A DNA stretch of 64,000 nt from Eledone cirrhosa (Eukaryota), in contig OZ024741.1 in assembly GCA_964016885.1 (NCBI GenBank), positions 327,546,001-327,610,000 of the forward strand, written 5' to 3'. Position 1 is the stretch's first letter; each line of letters opens with the position of its first letter. Shown here piece after piece: positions 26,001-37,610 of the stretch. Both the position numbers and the translations under genes were made by a program. The notes below the pieces were generated by a model that was given only the letters and a program-made list of their open reading frames with translations, was not told where the DNA came from and ran no database searches.

Positions 26001-28617
26001 AATTGGCCCTTCACCAATTCTTCAATGCAAAGCACGAAGGCTGCGTTGTCAGTGCTAGTGTGCGTGCTCTCAGACAGGAGGGGACGAAAGCCGTTCAAAG
26101 GGCCCGAGTGGCGGAGGCGCGTCGTGGCAATAAAGCCACGATCCGGTCTTTGGTGGACTCGCTCAACTGTTAGGGGGCAGTGGGGGCACGATTGAGAGAT
26201 GGACTTTAGTGTCTACCTCGACGGACTGCCGCGGCTCTCGGCCACTGAGGCGGAGTGTTGCGAAAAGCCGATAACAGCTGCTGAAGTACCGGAGGTAATG
26301 ACTGGCTGCAAAATGGGTAAATCGCCTGGTTTGGATGATCTGCCCTATGAACTTTACGTACAAATGCCAGACTTGTTCGGAGGCCTCTTTGCGGACGTCT
26401 ACTGCAACTGGCAATAGAATGGGAGAATTCCCAGCTCTGTGAGCCGAGGAGCGGTGGAGCTGCTGAGAAAGGATCCGAACAAGGGGGATAACATAGATAA
26501 TTTTAGGACCTAAACTCTGCTAAACACAGAGTTCAAGATTTTCGCCAAGGTGTTAGCAAAGAGGTTGGTGCTTGTCGTTGGTGGTTGGGTGGGAGAGGCG
26601 CAGACATGCGCCATTCCCGACATATCCACCCACGACAACCTCCACCTCATGCGATACATTGTAGAGAGGGTATCTAGGGAACCTGGCACGTGTGGGTCTT
26701 TGATAAATTTAGATCAGTCGAAAGCTTTCGATAGGATCGACCTTCGTTACCTAGCGGCAGTCCTGGGGGCGGCTGGCTTTGGGCCCGTCTTCAGAGGCTG
26801 GATCGCTGCCATGCACAGCGACATCTGCTCTGTGGTGAGTGTGAACGGTCACCTTTCGGAACCGTTCAACATCATGCGCTCGGTGCGCCAAGGAAGACCC
26901 CTCTCGTCCCTCTTGTACGTATTGACTCTCGAGCCATTACTGCACAAACTGGAGACGTTGAGGGGGGTCCCGCAAAAACTAGGGTGCGGAAGATCTGTGT
27001 CAGCATATGCGGAAGATGTCACCGTAGTGGTGTCGAACGCCAAACACATCGAGGCGATCGTCACTACACTAAGAGAATACGAAGCGGTGACAGGAGCAAT
27101 GATCAACCAGGAAAAGCCAGTGGGCCTGCAGCTCGGCACCTGGAGATGCAGGTCCATGCCGTCCAACAGCGTCGCGGGACGCTGGGCGGACGGACCGGTT
27201 AAATTGCTAGGGGTCTGGTTCGCTCCGGACCTCCAGCCGGACAAAAACTGGGACGAGGTGACGAGCAGGGTGGCTTCTCTCACCCAGAAATGGGCAGAGA
27301 GGAAGCTATCCCTGAAAGGTCGAGCGGAGGAGGCTAACGCGTACATCGCGTCAGTCATCTACTACCGCCTGACCGTCGTACCTTGTCCTAAGCCCCGCCT
27401 GACTGCGCTGGAGCGTTTGCTCTTTCGCTTTTTGTGGAAGGGACGCGCTCCGATGGTCAGGCGGTCCATCTGCTGTACACACCCGATACGTGGAGGGCTG
27501 GGCATGCCTTGGCTGATGATGCGCAGACACGCGCTCAGGCTACGACATCTCCACCTCTTCCTCGACGGTGATCAGGGGTGGTCGGCGTTTGCTAGACACG
27601 TCTTTCCCCAGCTCGTCTCCTTGACGGAGCTGCAGTCCTGGGTCAAGCGAAGACCGAGAGGGAGCGCTTGGAGACTGGAATGTCTTCAGGCGCTCACAGC
27701 CCTCGACCAATCGGGCAATGTGATCGGTGGAAAATCCACCTTGGCTTTCTATAGAGGATTAGTGGAGGGGAAGAGCGACGACGTACTTGGAGAAACTCGA
27801 GGCGTCGACGAAAATCGACTAGCCAATCTCTTCGGAAGAACTTTCGGGCCGGGGCCTATGGACAACTTCCAGAAATCCCTGGCCTGGCAGTGCTACCGGG
27901 GAGCTTTGCCAGTTCTGCATAAACTCTACAGGCATCGAGGTGCCGTCAGCCGGGCATGTCCTAGATGCGCGCAGAGCGACGAAACCGTCCTGCACGCACT
28001 CGTCCAGTGTCCGAGCATTGCTGACTTGTGGGTTTATGTCGAACACCTGCTGTCACATGTAGAACGGATCCAGCTATCAGCTGAGTCAACCGTGAGGATT
28101 GCCCCGCCCTCTTCCTTTAGCCGGGAAGGGCAGGCAGTTTTTATCTGTCTGGTGGCCATGGCGAAAGAGATAGTATGCTGGACACGTTTGAAAGGGCTGA
28201 AGAAGAGAACTTACCTCTACGGTGATGCCCTGATTAACTTTTTCAAATTTCATTTGAAAAGAAAAATCAGGGTAGAGAGGGAAGTGCTCTCTTCCCAGCA
28301 TTTTGTTGAAAGATGGGTGAGAGAAGCAAGTATGGCCGGAGTGAATGGGCCTACTCTGAGTATGTGTCTGTAAATTAAAGGTTGAAAACTGGGAGAGGGC
28401 ACTTGCCCTGGTGGTCAGGGTCACTGTGGTCTTTTAATGGGCTTTCTCCACAAATGTCCCTCGGAAGTCTCCTCCCTATTGTGGAATTTTTCTTTGTAAT
28501 TTTATTACATCCCCTTTTTTTTTTACACGCAGAAAAGCCCATTTGTACCGTCCTGTATTGTCCTGTACTGTCCTGAATGTCTACTTTATGTAAACCCTTG
28601 TGGTTAATAAAGAAAAC
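23078..28617 (+). mobile_element. Tx1-clade LINE copy C with internal ORF2 deletions
   Basis: ORF1 23291-25239 (RPRCVVCGERTHLRAFC). ORF2 25274-28373. About 260 nt present in copy B (about 20060-20318) is missing at about 25990. AATAAA then (ATT)n. Confidence 0.9.
26550..28373 (+). CDS. Longest open segment of Tx1 copy C ORF2: RT domain through C-terminal zinc knuckle (607 aa; YADD altered to YAED)
   Basis: LDQSKAFDR, SVRQGRPLS, AYAEDV, KLLGV, GGLGMP and CPRCAQSDETVLHALVQC. Part of a disrupted element. Confidence 0.75.
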   Translation: MLAKRLVLVVGGWVGEAQTCAIPDISTHDNLHLMRYIVERVSREPGTCGSLINLDQSKAFDRIDLRYLAAVLGAAGFGPVFRGWIAAMHSDICSVVSVNGHLSEPFNIMRSVRQGRPLSSLLYVLTLEPLLHKLETLRGVPQKLGCGRSVSAYAEDVTVVVSNAKHIEAIVTTLREYEAVTGAMINQEKPVGLQLGTWRCRSMPSNSVAGRWADGPVKLLGVWFAPDLQPDKNWDEVTSRVASLTQKWAERKLSLKGRAEEANAYIASVIYYRLTVVPCPKPRLTALERLLFRFLWKGRAPMVRRSICCTHPIRGGLGMPWLMMRRHALRLRHLHLFLDGDQGWSAFARHVFPQLVSLTELQSWVKRRPRGSAWRLECLQALTALDQSGNVIGGKSTLAFYRGLVEGKSDDVLGETRGVDENRLANLFGRTFGPGPMDNFQKSLAWQCYRGALPVLHKLYRHRGAVSRACPRCAQSDETVLHALVQCPSIADLWVYVEHLLSHVERIQLSAESTVRIAPPSSFSREGQAVFICLVAMAKEIVCWTRLKGLKKRTYLYGDALINFFKFHLKRKIRVEREVLSSQHFVERWVREASMAGVNGPTLSMCL

Positions 28618-28649
28618 ATTATTATTATTATTTTTATTATCATTATTAT

Positions 28650-28840
28650 AGAATGGTGGATTGGCAGTATCGATAGAGTGTCGGACGACATGCTGTGCAG
28701 CGAAGAGCCACGTTCATTTAGGGCCAGAGTTCAAATCCCGCCGAGATTAACTTTGCCTTTCATCCTTACGGGGTCGATAAAATAAAGTACCAGTAATGCA
28801 CTGGGGTAACTGCTGGCCTTGTGCCAAAAGTAGAATCAAT
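28650..28840 (+). mobile_element. SINE, same family as 2090-2640
   Basis: ggattggcag...gagttcaaatcccgccgag...ttaactttgcctttcatccttacggggtcgataaaataaagtaccag. Confidence 0.8.
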
Positions 28841-29269
28841 TATAGTTATAATGATATCATTAGTATCATTGAAATGTTCGTGCTGCTATAACCTTGGAAA
28901 ACATTTACGTATTAAAATTAATGTCATTAACCATAATTAGCATTACTTGTCTACAATATTACTTGTATATAACAGCCAGTAAAAATGTATTCATATATTT
29001 GCTTTACTTAACAACTGCTTCATGCAAATTGTAAACTAAACTCACGTTTAGAACAAAATATTTACTCTTAAATATTCATTACAACTTGAAAATGTTAATC
29101 ATCTAATATCTGATACATTTCTTCTTTTCATATGTAATTTTGTAAAGCTACATCGCTTACTGCTTTGTGAATTGGATTCGCAACTGCGAGGTTGCGATTT
29201 CGATTGCCGAACCGGGCGATACATTTTTGCCGAGCTCGACAAGGTAGTGAATTTAAAGATTATTTTCAA

Positions 29270-31371
29270 TTGCATTAGTTGCTATATTTTTTGTAAAAAG
29301 TTTGTAGGACTTCCGTCTTTGCCCTGTGAAGGGGAGACGCTATAATATTTGTTCCTTTTTGCCCAACTATTTGAACTTTGTGTATATAAAAAAAGATTAT
29401 CGATAAAAAAAGACATGGCTGAGCCACGAGCCCACTCTCCCGAACGGTATGTTTGCTGTCTAAACGTTGAGCAGCTTAAACGTTGAGAGGAGGGATACGG
29501 CGAACACAAAAATATATACCACAAATGCCATCACAAACAACATGAACAACGACAGCAACAACAGCAACAGTGAGATCACTTACCTAAATGACAACACCAA
29601 CCACAGCAGTATCAGTGACAACCAAATTTCAGGCAACAGAAACATTGAAAACAAAAACATCGAAATTAACACCAACAAAAAGAACATGAACAGCGACGAC
29701 ACCAAAACCAACTGCACCGAAAACAACAACAGTGGCACCAAAGATACAACAAAATGCAAATACGACAACAGCAACAACACCAACAGGAAACAACGACATT
29801 ACCAACAACAAGAACACGTTCGCAGCGACAGCAATCAAAAACAGGCCATGCAAAATCATGGACCTCACGAATAAAGATGAAAGTTGTCCTAAGCCTGGAA
29901 GCTCATCAAGCAAGTGCAAATCTGAGCCAACTTAATTGTCCCGGCAGAAGCCATTGAGGCAGTGGAGCGTAGAACGGTGCATTTCAGATGCATTTCAGCA
30001 GAGAAAAAGAGGGCAGCTTTAATTGCCCAGGGAAATATTGAAGCTCGGTTATTCGGAGGAAGTGATGGGTCAGAGACGGTAGCGCATTTCAGTCCCTACC
30101 ACGACGGCTTTCCTCGCCTCTCGAAGGCCGACGCTGAGCGCTGCGAAAGGCCGATAACTTCAGCCGAAATTCAGGATGCCCTTGACGGCTGCATGAGGCG
30201 CAAGTCTCCCGGTTTAGATGGTCTGCCCTACGAGCTTTACGTACATATGACAGACTTGTTCTCCGATCCCCTTGAAGCGCACTACTGCAACTGGCAACAG
30301 AACGGGAGTATTCCCATTTCTTTGAGTCGGGACGTAGTGCCGTTGATAAGATAAGACCAGAACAAGAGGGACACATTAGATAACTTCATGTCCATAACTC
30401 TGCTCAACACAGAGTTTAAGGTTGTGACCAAGGTGTTAGCGAAGAGTTTGGCGCTTGTCCTCGAAGATTTGGTTGGGGAGGCACAAACTTGCGCAATCTC
30501 GACCTGGTCCATAAACGACAACCTCCACCTCAAGCGATACATCAGACAGAGTGTAGAGTGTAAACCTGGCTTCGGTGAGGCTCTGATCAATATAGATAAA
30601 TCGAACGCTTTCGATAGGGTTGGTTATCGGTACCTGGAGTCTGTCCTCAAGGCAACTGGCTTCGGACCCGTCTATAGAAGCTGGATCGGTGCAATGCACA
30701 GCGGTATCTGTTCGATGGTGAAAGTTAACGGCCACCTCTTGGAACTGTTTAAAATCTCCGGATCGGTCCGTCAAGGGTGCCCTCTCTCCTGCCTTCTATA
30801 CGTATTGACTCTCGAGCCTTTACTGTGGAAGCTGGAGCAGTTGCAGGGTATCCCGCTTGAACAGGAACGCGGAAAGGCTGTCAGCTTATGCGGACGACAA
30901 CATCATGATAGTGTCGGAGACCTCGGAAATCGAGGTGGTCGGCAACTTATTGGAGGAATATGAGAGTTTGACGGGAGCGAAACGTAACCCGGAAAAGTCG
31001 GTGGACTTGCAACTCGGCACCTGGGAGGCAAATCCATGCCGTGCAACAGCGTCGTTGGGCGCTGGACGGACGGGCCGGTAAAGTTGCTCGAGTTTTGGTT
31101 CAGGCCAGATCACCTGGTGGATAAGAATTGGGAAGAGGTAATGAGCAGGGAAGTCAATCTCACCCAGAAATGGGCTGTGAGGAATCTATCACTGAAACTT
31201 CGAGCAGAAGATGCGAATGCGTACATCGCGTCCGTCTTCTACTACCACCTGACTGTCGTGGCTTGCCCCTGACCTCGCCTCGCCAAGTTAGAACGAATCC
31301 TCTTCAAATACTTGTGGAGGGGACGGGTTCCGTTGGAGACGCGGTCCATCTGCTGCCAGGAGCCTCTACGC
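29270..31371 (+). mobile_element. Tx1-clade LINE copy D: divergent, internally deleted and 3'-truncated
   Basis: Asn-rich ORF1 start (ATG 29415) joined to an RT fragment (KSPGLDGLPYE, SVRQGCPLS, AYADDN). Breaks off into Penelope-derived AT-rich sequence. Confidence 0.8.
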
Positions 31372-32262
31372 GGTTTTACTATTTTCTCATACTTTTAATT
31401 AATTATCTAATTTTTTGTAATTTTTTAGTAATTGGTTAGTAACTTTTTCTAATTTGTGTAATTATTTAATATTACAGTTACAACCAGTAACAAACTATAG
31501 CGAAATATCTCTTTAAACAAACTTATATCATAATAATTAATAAATAAACAAAACTCGGATTTTCAATATTTTTCCAATGTAAAACATTAAACATATAAGT
31601 AATCTTATAGACTCAGTTAATTTAATTTAATTTAATTTAAATAATTTAACATCTATAACATGATATACCCATTATACTCTCATATATCTATCTTTATATC
31701 TATACTCCATTTGTAATATATTTTAATATATTTTAATATATGTAGATATATTTTAATATATCTTAATATGTTTTAATATATCTTTTATCTTTAATGTATC
31801 TTTATTTTTCCTATATATCTACCTTTCTATATATCTACTTACTATAGTAAAATTTAACAATTATTAGTAAATATACGATATACAAACTCATCCTCTGATA
31901 AGCTTATTTCTTCGCTCTTTCTTTCTTCAATTTACTTGACCACTATAACTCTACATATAATAATATTCTTTTCTCTCTTTCTTTTTTTGTCTCTTTTTCT
32001 CTCTCTTTTTTTCTCTCTTTTCTTCCAACAGTATAATTTGCATAATCACACAGAACTTTGAATTACCTTCAATACAAATTTTGTTCCACTATCCAGTGAA
32101 CTTTCAACAGTCAAGGTTGTTTTTCCACGGCTATGTCAATATTTATGAAACAGATCTTGTATTTTATCTGATGAAAGCGCACCAAGGATGCCTTGTTTGC
32201 CTTTGACATATATATAATAAAATAATTATGGTTTTATAAATATAGGTTCCATTTATTAATAT

Positions 32263-32270
<8 letters not shown>
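31372..32270 (+). mobile_element. Penelope-like 3' region/LTR copy with mutated hammerhead (32160-32224, GAAA to GACA)
   Basis: About 31740-32270 is a direct repeat of about 35157-35760. About 31372-31790 is an inverted repeat of about 33615-34028. Confidence 0.7.
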
Positions 32271-32332
<62 letters not shown>

Positions 32333-33145
32333 TTTAGGAAAATCAACAAAGAGGGGGCAAGGCAACGAACTAAAACAGGGCGAAATGAAAAACATTTTTT
32401 TAAGGGGAAACTTTAAACATATTTGAAAATAAACATCCAAACAGAAGACACAGAACTCGAGTGTCATTGGTCGTTGAGATGGTCTTTGTTTCGATCCTCC
32501 TACCAACGGTACTTCTGGTCCACCCAGTGTCACGAGTCTTAAACAATTCAAAGCGCTGTCATATGGAGTAAAATACGAGACAAAACAGCAATTTATAGCA
32601 ATATGACAAGTAAACATAAAATTTTACGTGCCTCCTATAGCACGAAACTCTCGTGTCGAAACAGGAAAAAAAGAAAATAAAGAAGAAGCATACAGGCAAG
32701 AAGATGAAAGCAAGATATCATGTTATAAAAATGAGAGCCATTGAAATTAATGTGTGGAGATGGGAAAACAAGTTCCTCACAGGTTAGAATGATAAACATA
32801 GGAATATCAACAAAGAGAGGACAGTCGACAACACCACTGACCTTATATGCTTACCGAGTGGAATGGAATACGTCTACACAGACAAAGGAAACAATGTTTT
32901 CTGTAGACCTTTCCCTTGCTGCTACTATCTAGCGGTCGTAAATCCTGGTAGAAAGAGCAACGTGAAATTATGTGTCTAGTTCAAGGACATAATGTATTTA
33001 TATATACATTATATGAAAAAAAGAGATAGATCAGATATTATTTGATTAAAATTTTAATGATGTAATGAATATTTTAGAGTAAATATTTTGTTCTAAACGA
33101 GAGTTTAGTTTACAATTTGCCGGAAACAGTTGGTAAGTGAAGCTA

Positions 33146-33585
33146 ATATATGAATGCGGTGAATTGGCAGTATCGGTAGAGAGCCGGACGCCATGCTTTC
33201 CAGCATAGTTACGTCCCTTTACGGTCTGAGTTCAAAATTATAAACAATTATTACTTGCTATTATATATAAGTAATGTTATATACAATAATGCTAATTATG
33301 GTTAATGACAGTAATACGTAAAGGTTTTCCAAGGTTACAGCAGCACAAACATTTCAATGATACTAATGATATCACTATAACTATAATAGTTGTTTCTACT
33401 TTTGGCACAAGGCCAGCAATTACCCCAGTACATTACTGGTACTTTATTTCATCGACCCCATACGGATGAAAGGTAAAGTTAACCTCGGCGGGATATGAAC
33501 TCATAACGTAACTGGACGTAAGTATGCTGGAAAACATGGCGTCCGACCCTCTACCCATACTGCCAATTCACTGTATTCATATATT
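33146..33585. mobile_element. Two SINE copies in inverted orientation
   Basis: SINE head on + at about 33155-33240 and a full SINE on - at about 33390-33575, with shared flank. Confidence 0.75.
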
Positions 33586-34689
33586 AAAGATAAAAGATCT
33601 ATTAACGATAAAAGATATATTAAAACATATTAAGATATATTAAAATATATCTACATATATTAAAATATATTAAAATATATTACAAATGGAGCATAGATAT
33701 AAAGATAGATATATGAGAGTATAATGGGTATATCATGTTATAGATGTTAAATTATTTAAATTAAATTAAATTAACTGAGCCTATAAGATTACTTATATGT
33801 TTAATGTTTTACATTGGAAAAATATTGAAAATCCGAGTTTTGTTTATTTATTAATTATTATGAGATAAGTTTGTTTAAAGAGATATTTCGCTATAGTTTG
33901 TTACTGGTTGTAACTGTAATATTAAATAATTACAAAAATTAGAAAAAGTTACTAACCAATTACTAAAAATTACAAAAAATTACAAAATATTTGATAATTA
34001 ATTAAAAGTATAAGAAAATAGTAAAACCATTTTAAAATTCGGACTATAAAAATTAAGACTATAAAAAAACTTTCAAGAGATTATTTTTAAAAACCTAAAC
34101 AACGACTCCGAAGATACTCGAAAACCTTTTAAAAACATTTAAAAACGTTTAAAAATTAAACCATAAAATTATTCAGGAATTATATGTAAAACCTAAAATT
34201 ATTCAAAAATATAAAAAAATATTACGAAATATTTGAAAATACTTAAAATATTTAAAACTATTTAGAAATATTTAAAATATTATAAAAAATATAAAAAAAT
34301 TAGGTGACCCCAAAAAAATATTTTGGGGAATAAATAATTTTTTTATAAAAGTTTTAAATAATTTTTCTAAAAAGATATTTTGGAAGTAAGAAAATAAAGA
34401 TAAAAATAAAGATGTTTAAGAAGTAAAAATATTAAATATTAAAAAGGAAAGGTTAAAGAATTAAATTATATATATTTTTAAGAAGTAAAAGATATTAGAA
34501 TTAGAATTACACTAAATTTAAATTTAAAGATTTAGAATTTATGAACATATATGCATATAATTTAAGAAATGAGATTATAGGTGTTTGGATAGAGTAAACA
34601 TTATGTAGGGAAGATTAGGCGTGTAATTATATTATATATATATATATATATAAATGTTGAATTTTGGCGATGTTTACAAGAACTAAATA

Positions 34690-35760
34690 AATTATTACGC
34701 AAATTAATAAATGTAATTGTAAAATTAAATCTAACTATCCTTTCAAACATAACTGTCTAGTTTAAAATGTGGTCTATAATTGCAATGTCAAAGCTAATGA
34801 TAATACTTTTAACTATGTTGGCTCAACTTCTACAGCCTTTAAATCCCGTTTCAATAACCATAAATGCTCGATTAATAATATTGGTAAAAAATCTTCAACT
34901 TCTCTATCCAACTTGATATGTAACCTAAAATCCAAAAATATAGACTATTCTCTATCTTGGAATATAATATCAAAGGCACCTGCTTACGGTAACACAGCTT
35001 TATCCAAATTTTGCACTTTATGTGTTGAAGAAATTTTCTTCATACTTAAATGTAAGAACTCCATTAATTTGCGTAAAAATTTATTTAGTTCTTGTAAACA
35101 TCGCCAAAATTAAACTTTTAGATATATATATAAAATATAATTACACGTTTCAATATAGGTAGATATATTTTAATATATCTTAATATGTTTTAATATATAT
35201 TTTATCTTTAATATATCTTTATTTTTCCTATATATCTAAATTTCTATATACTTACTATAGTAAAATTTAACAATTATTATGATAGTAAATATACGTAACA
35301 TAAATATTTAACATGAACATATGACGTATTACGATATACAAACTCATCCTCTGATAAGCTTATTTCTTAGCTCTTTCTTTCTTCACTTTACTTCTCCACT
35401 ATAACTCTACATATAATAATATTCTTTTCTCTCTCTCTTTTTCTCTCTGTTTTCTCTCTCTTTTTTCTATCTCTTCTTCCAACAGTATAATTTAAATAAA
35501 CGGTTGTTTTTCAATCTTTCGGACATTCATTTGCATAATCTCACAGAACTTTGAATTACCCTCAATAAAAAATGTTTTCCACTATCCAGTGAACCTTCAA
35601 GCGTCAACATTGTTTAAGCACGTTTATGTCAATATTTATAAAACAAATCTTGTATTTTATCTGATGAAAGCGCACCAAGTGTACCTTGATTGCCCTTGAA
35701 ATATATATAATAAAATAATTATGGTTTTATAAATATAGTTTCCAATTATTATTATATTGA
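34690..35760 (+). mobile_element. Penelope-like element 3' fragment: GIY-YIG endonuclease + LTR
   Basis: ORF 34769-35113 VYNCNV...NYVGSTSTAFKSRFNNH...CTLCVEE, homologous to 52100-52541. HHR in the tail. Confidence 0.85.
35653..35717 (+). ncRNA. Intact minimal type I hammerhead in Penelope LTR
   Basis: tattttat-CTGATGA-aagcgca..tgccctt-GAAA-TATATA-TA-ataaaata. 8-bp stem I, palindromic stem III. Confidence 0.8.
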
Positions 35761-35879
35761 ATATTTACTCCAGTAAATTGTTGAGTGCTTTATATCAGTT
35801 ATAACAGTTTTTAGCTTGTTGGCATCCCAACAAATTAAATATAACTTCTGCATATATATATATATATACATATATACGA

Positions 35880-36765
35880 ATCAATGGCCGGCTTTGCAAA
35901 ATTCAAATAAAAAAGAGAATTTTCGCTCTACATGGTTGAATACAATAAATGTAATCTGAGTTTTTCGAATATTAATAATAACATTCGATTCATTTGCATT
36001 ATGCAAACAAGCCTCAATTTTATAGCCATATGAGTAGAATGAACCCTTTGTTCTTGCTCTTGTGTTGGCATGCGTACAAAACTGCAGACACTAATGTTTC
36101 TGGGTATCACCCTACATCATTACAGCTCACTGTTCACCTGCGAATCTGTCAGAGCTAGTGAAAATATATGCTATTTTCAAAATACACAGTGACTGATCGG
36201 CCCGATTTGCATGTTAGCAGACTGGCTGATCAGTCAGATCTGCATATTTGCATAATTGAAAACGAATCGAATGTTATTATTAATATTCGAAAAACTCATA
36301 TTACATTTATTGTATTCAACCATGTAGAGCCAACATTTTCTTTTTTATTTGAATTTGCCGAAGCCGGCCATTTATCGCTCGTACACAGGAGACTGACTGG
36401 CCAGTCTGCTGATATGCAAATCTGGCTGATCAGTGGATCTGCTAACATGCAGATTTGACTGATCAGCCAGTCTGCTAATATGCAATTCAGGCCGATCTGT
36501 CACTGTGTAATTTTGAAAATAGTATATATTTTCACTAGCTCTGAGAGTTTGGCAGTGATCTGTACTGATGAAGGGTGATACCCAGACACATTAGTGTATG
36601 TAGTTCTGTTCACATGCCAACATAAGAGCAAGCATTAAGGGTTCATTCTACTGACATGGCTATAAAATTGAGGCTTGTTTGCATAATTGCAAACGAATGG
36701 AATGTTATTATTATTCGAAAATCCCAGATTACATTTATTTTATTCAGCCATGTAGGGCCAAAACT
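35880..36765. repeat. Nested inverted repeats of HHR family F with octamer-containing 33-nt subrepeats
   Basis: About 35885-36010 is inverted against 36248-36372, and about 35925-36240 against 36445-36765. HHR copies at about 36082-36125 (-) and 36560-36603 (+), each with a different core lesion. Confidence 0.8.
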
Positions 36766-37610
36766 TTATATATATATATGTGTGAGAGTATAATTTGATT
36801 TGCTCTTATATAAGATTTATGGCAGCATATTTTCAGCGTTGTTTGAACGTAGGATATAATTCCTTGTAGTATTTATTCATCGTATCTCATAAAAATTAGT
36901 ACTGGGATTCATTCTTTTCATTTATCTTTTAGCAAATTTCTTTCATTCTGGTAGTAATCATCTCTATTCAATTATGAAAGGGGAAGAGCTCTATTAGTTT
37001 TAACTGCTCAAGATTCGCCTTATGTCATATATCGTTTACATTATATTTTATTTGTTAATGTAAAATGAAATAATCTAAAATATAATAAAGTAAGGAGTGC
37101 AGAACTGCATCCAGAATACATTTGTTTAACCCGTTTGTAAAATAAGTTGGATTACTTTGAATAAATAATAAATCAATATTACATAATTTATGTACTAAAT
37201 TCCGTAACTAAATTTCGTATTTATAAATTATTTAAAATTGACTTCTCTTCAAAGTTACACATTTCTAGACTTCCGATATATCGTCGCAACTACCACCACT
37301 TCAACTACCATATTTATAAAAAGAGAGAGTTTGTGATGAGAGAGATAGAGTGATTATGAATTTCTACACGCTGACGTGTATGATTATGTAAATAGATACA
37401 TCTATATGTATGAATATATAACTATAATCGCGCAAACACAAACTTATAAAAATACACCCTCACGGACATACATTCAGATAAATACACATACTTTCACACA
37501 AAAACATTCACATAAACACACATTCACACATATACATTTACACAAACACACACATACAGTCATGATAGCGTTTGGTGAATTGTATAGGGGAGGGTAAAAC
37601 AAGTATAACG

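Noticed and set aside
12062-28424. Antisense ORFs within the Tx1 copies
   Set aside because: Shadows of GC-rich or low-complexity sense ORFs. Their recurrence just reflects copy similarity.
36395-36500. 33-nt subrepeats as a CRISPR-like array
   Set aside because: Eukaryotic context, contiguous degenerate repeats without unique spacers, no cas genes.
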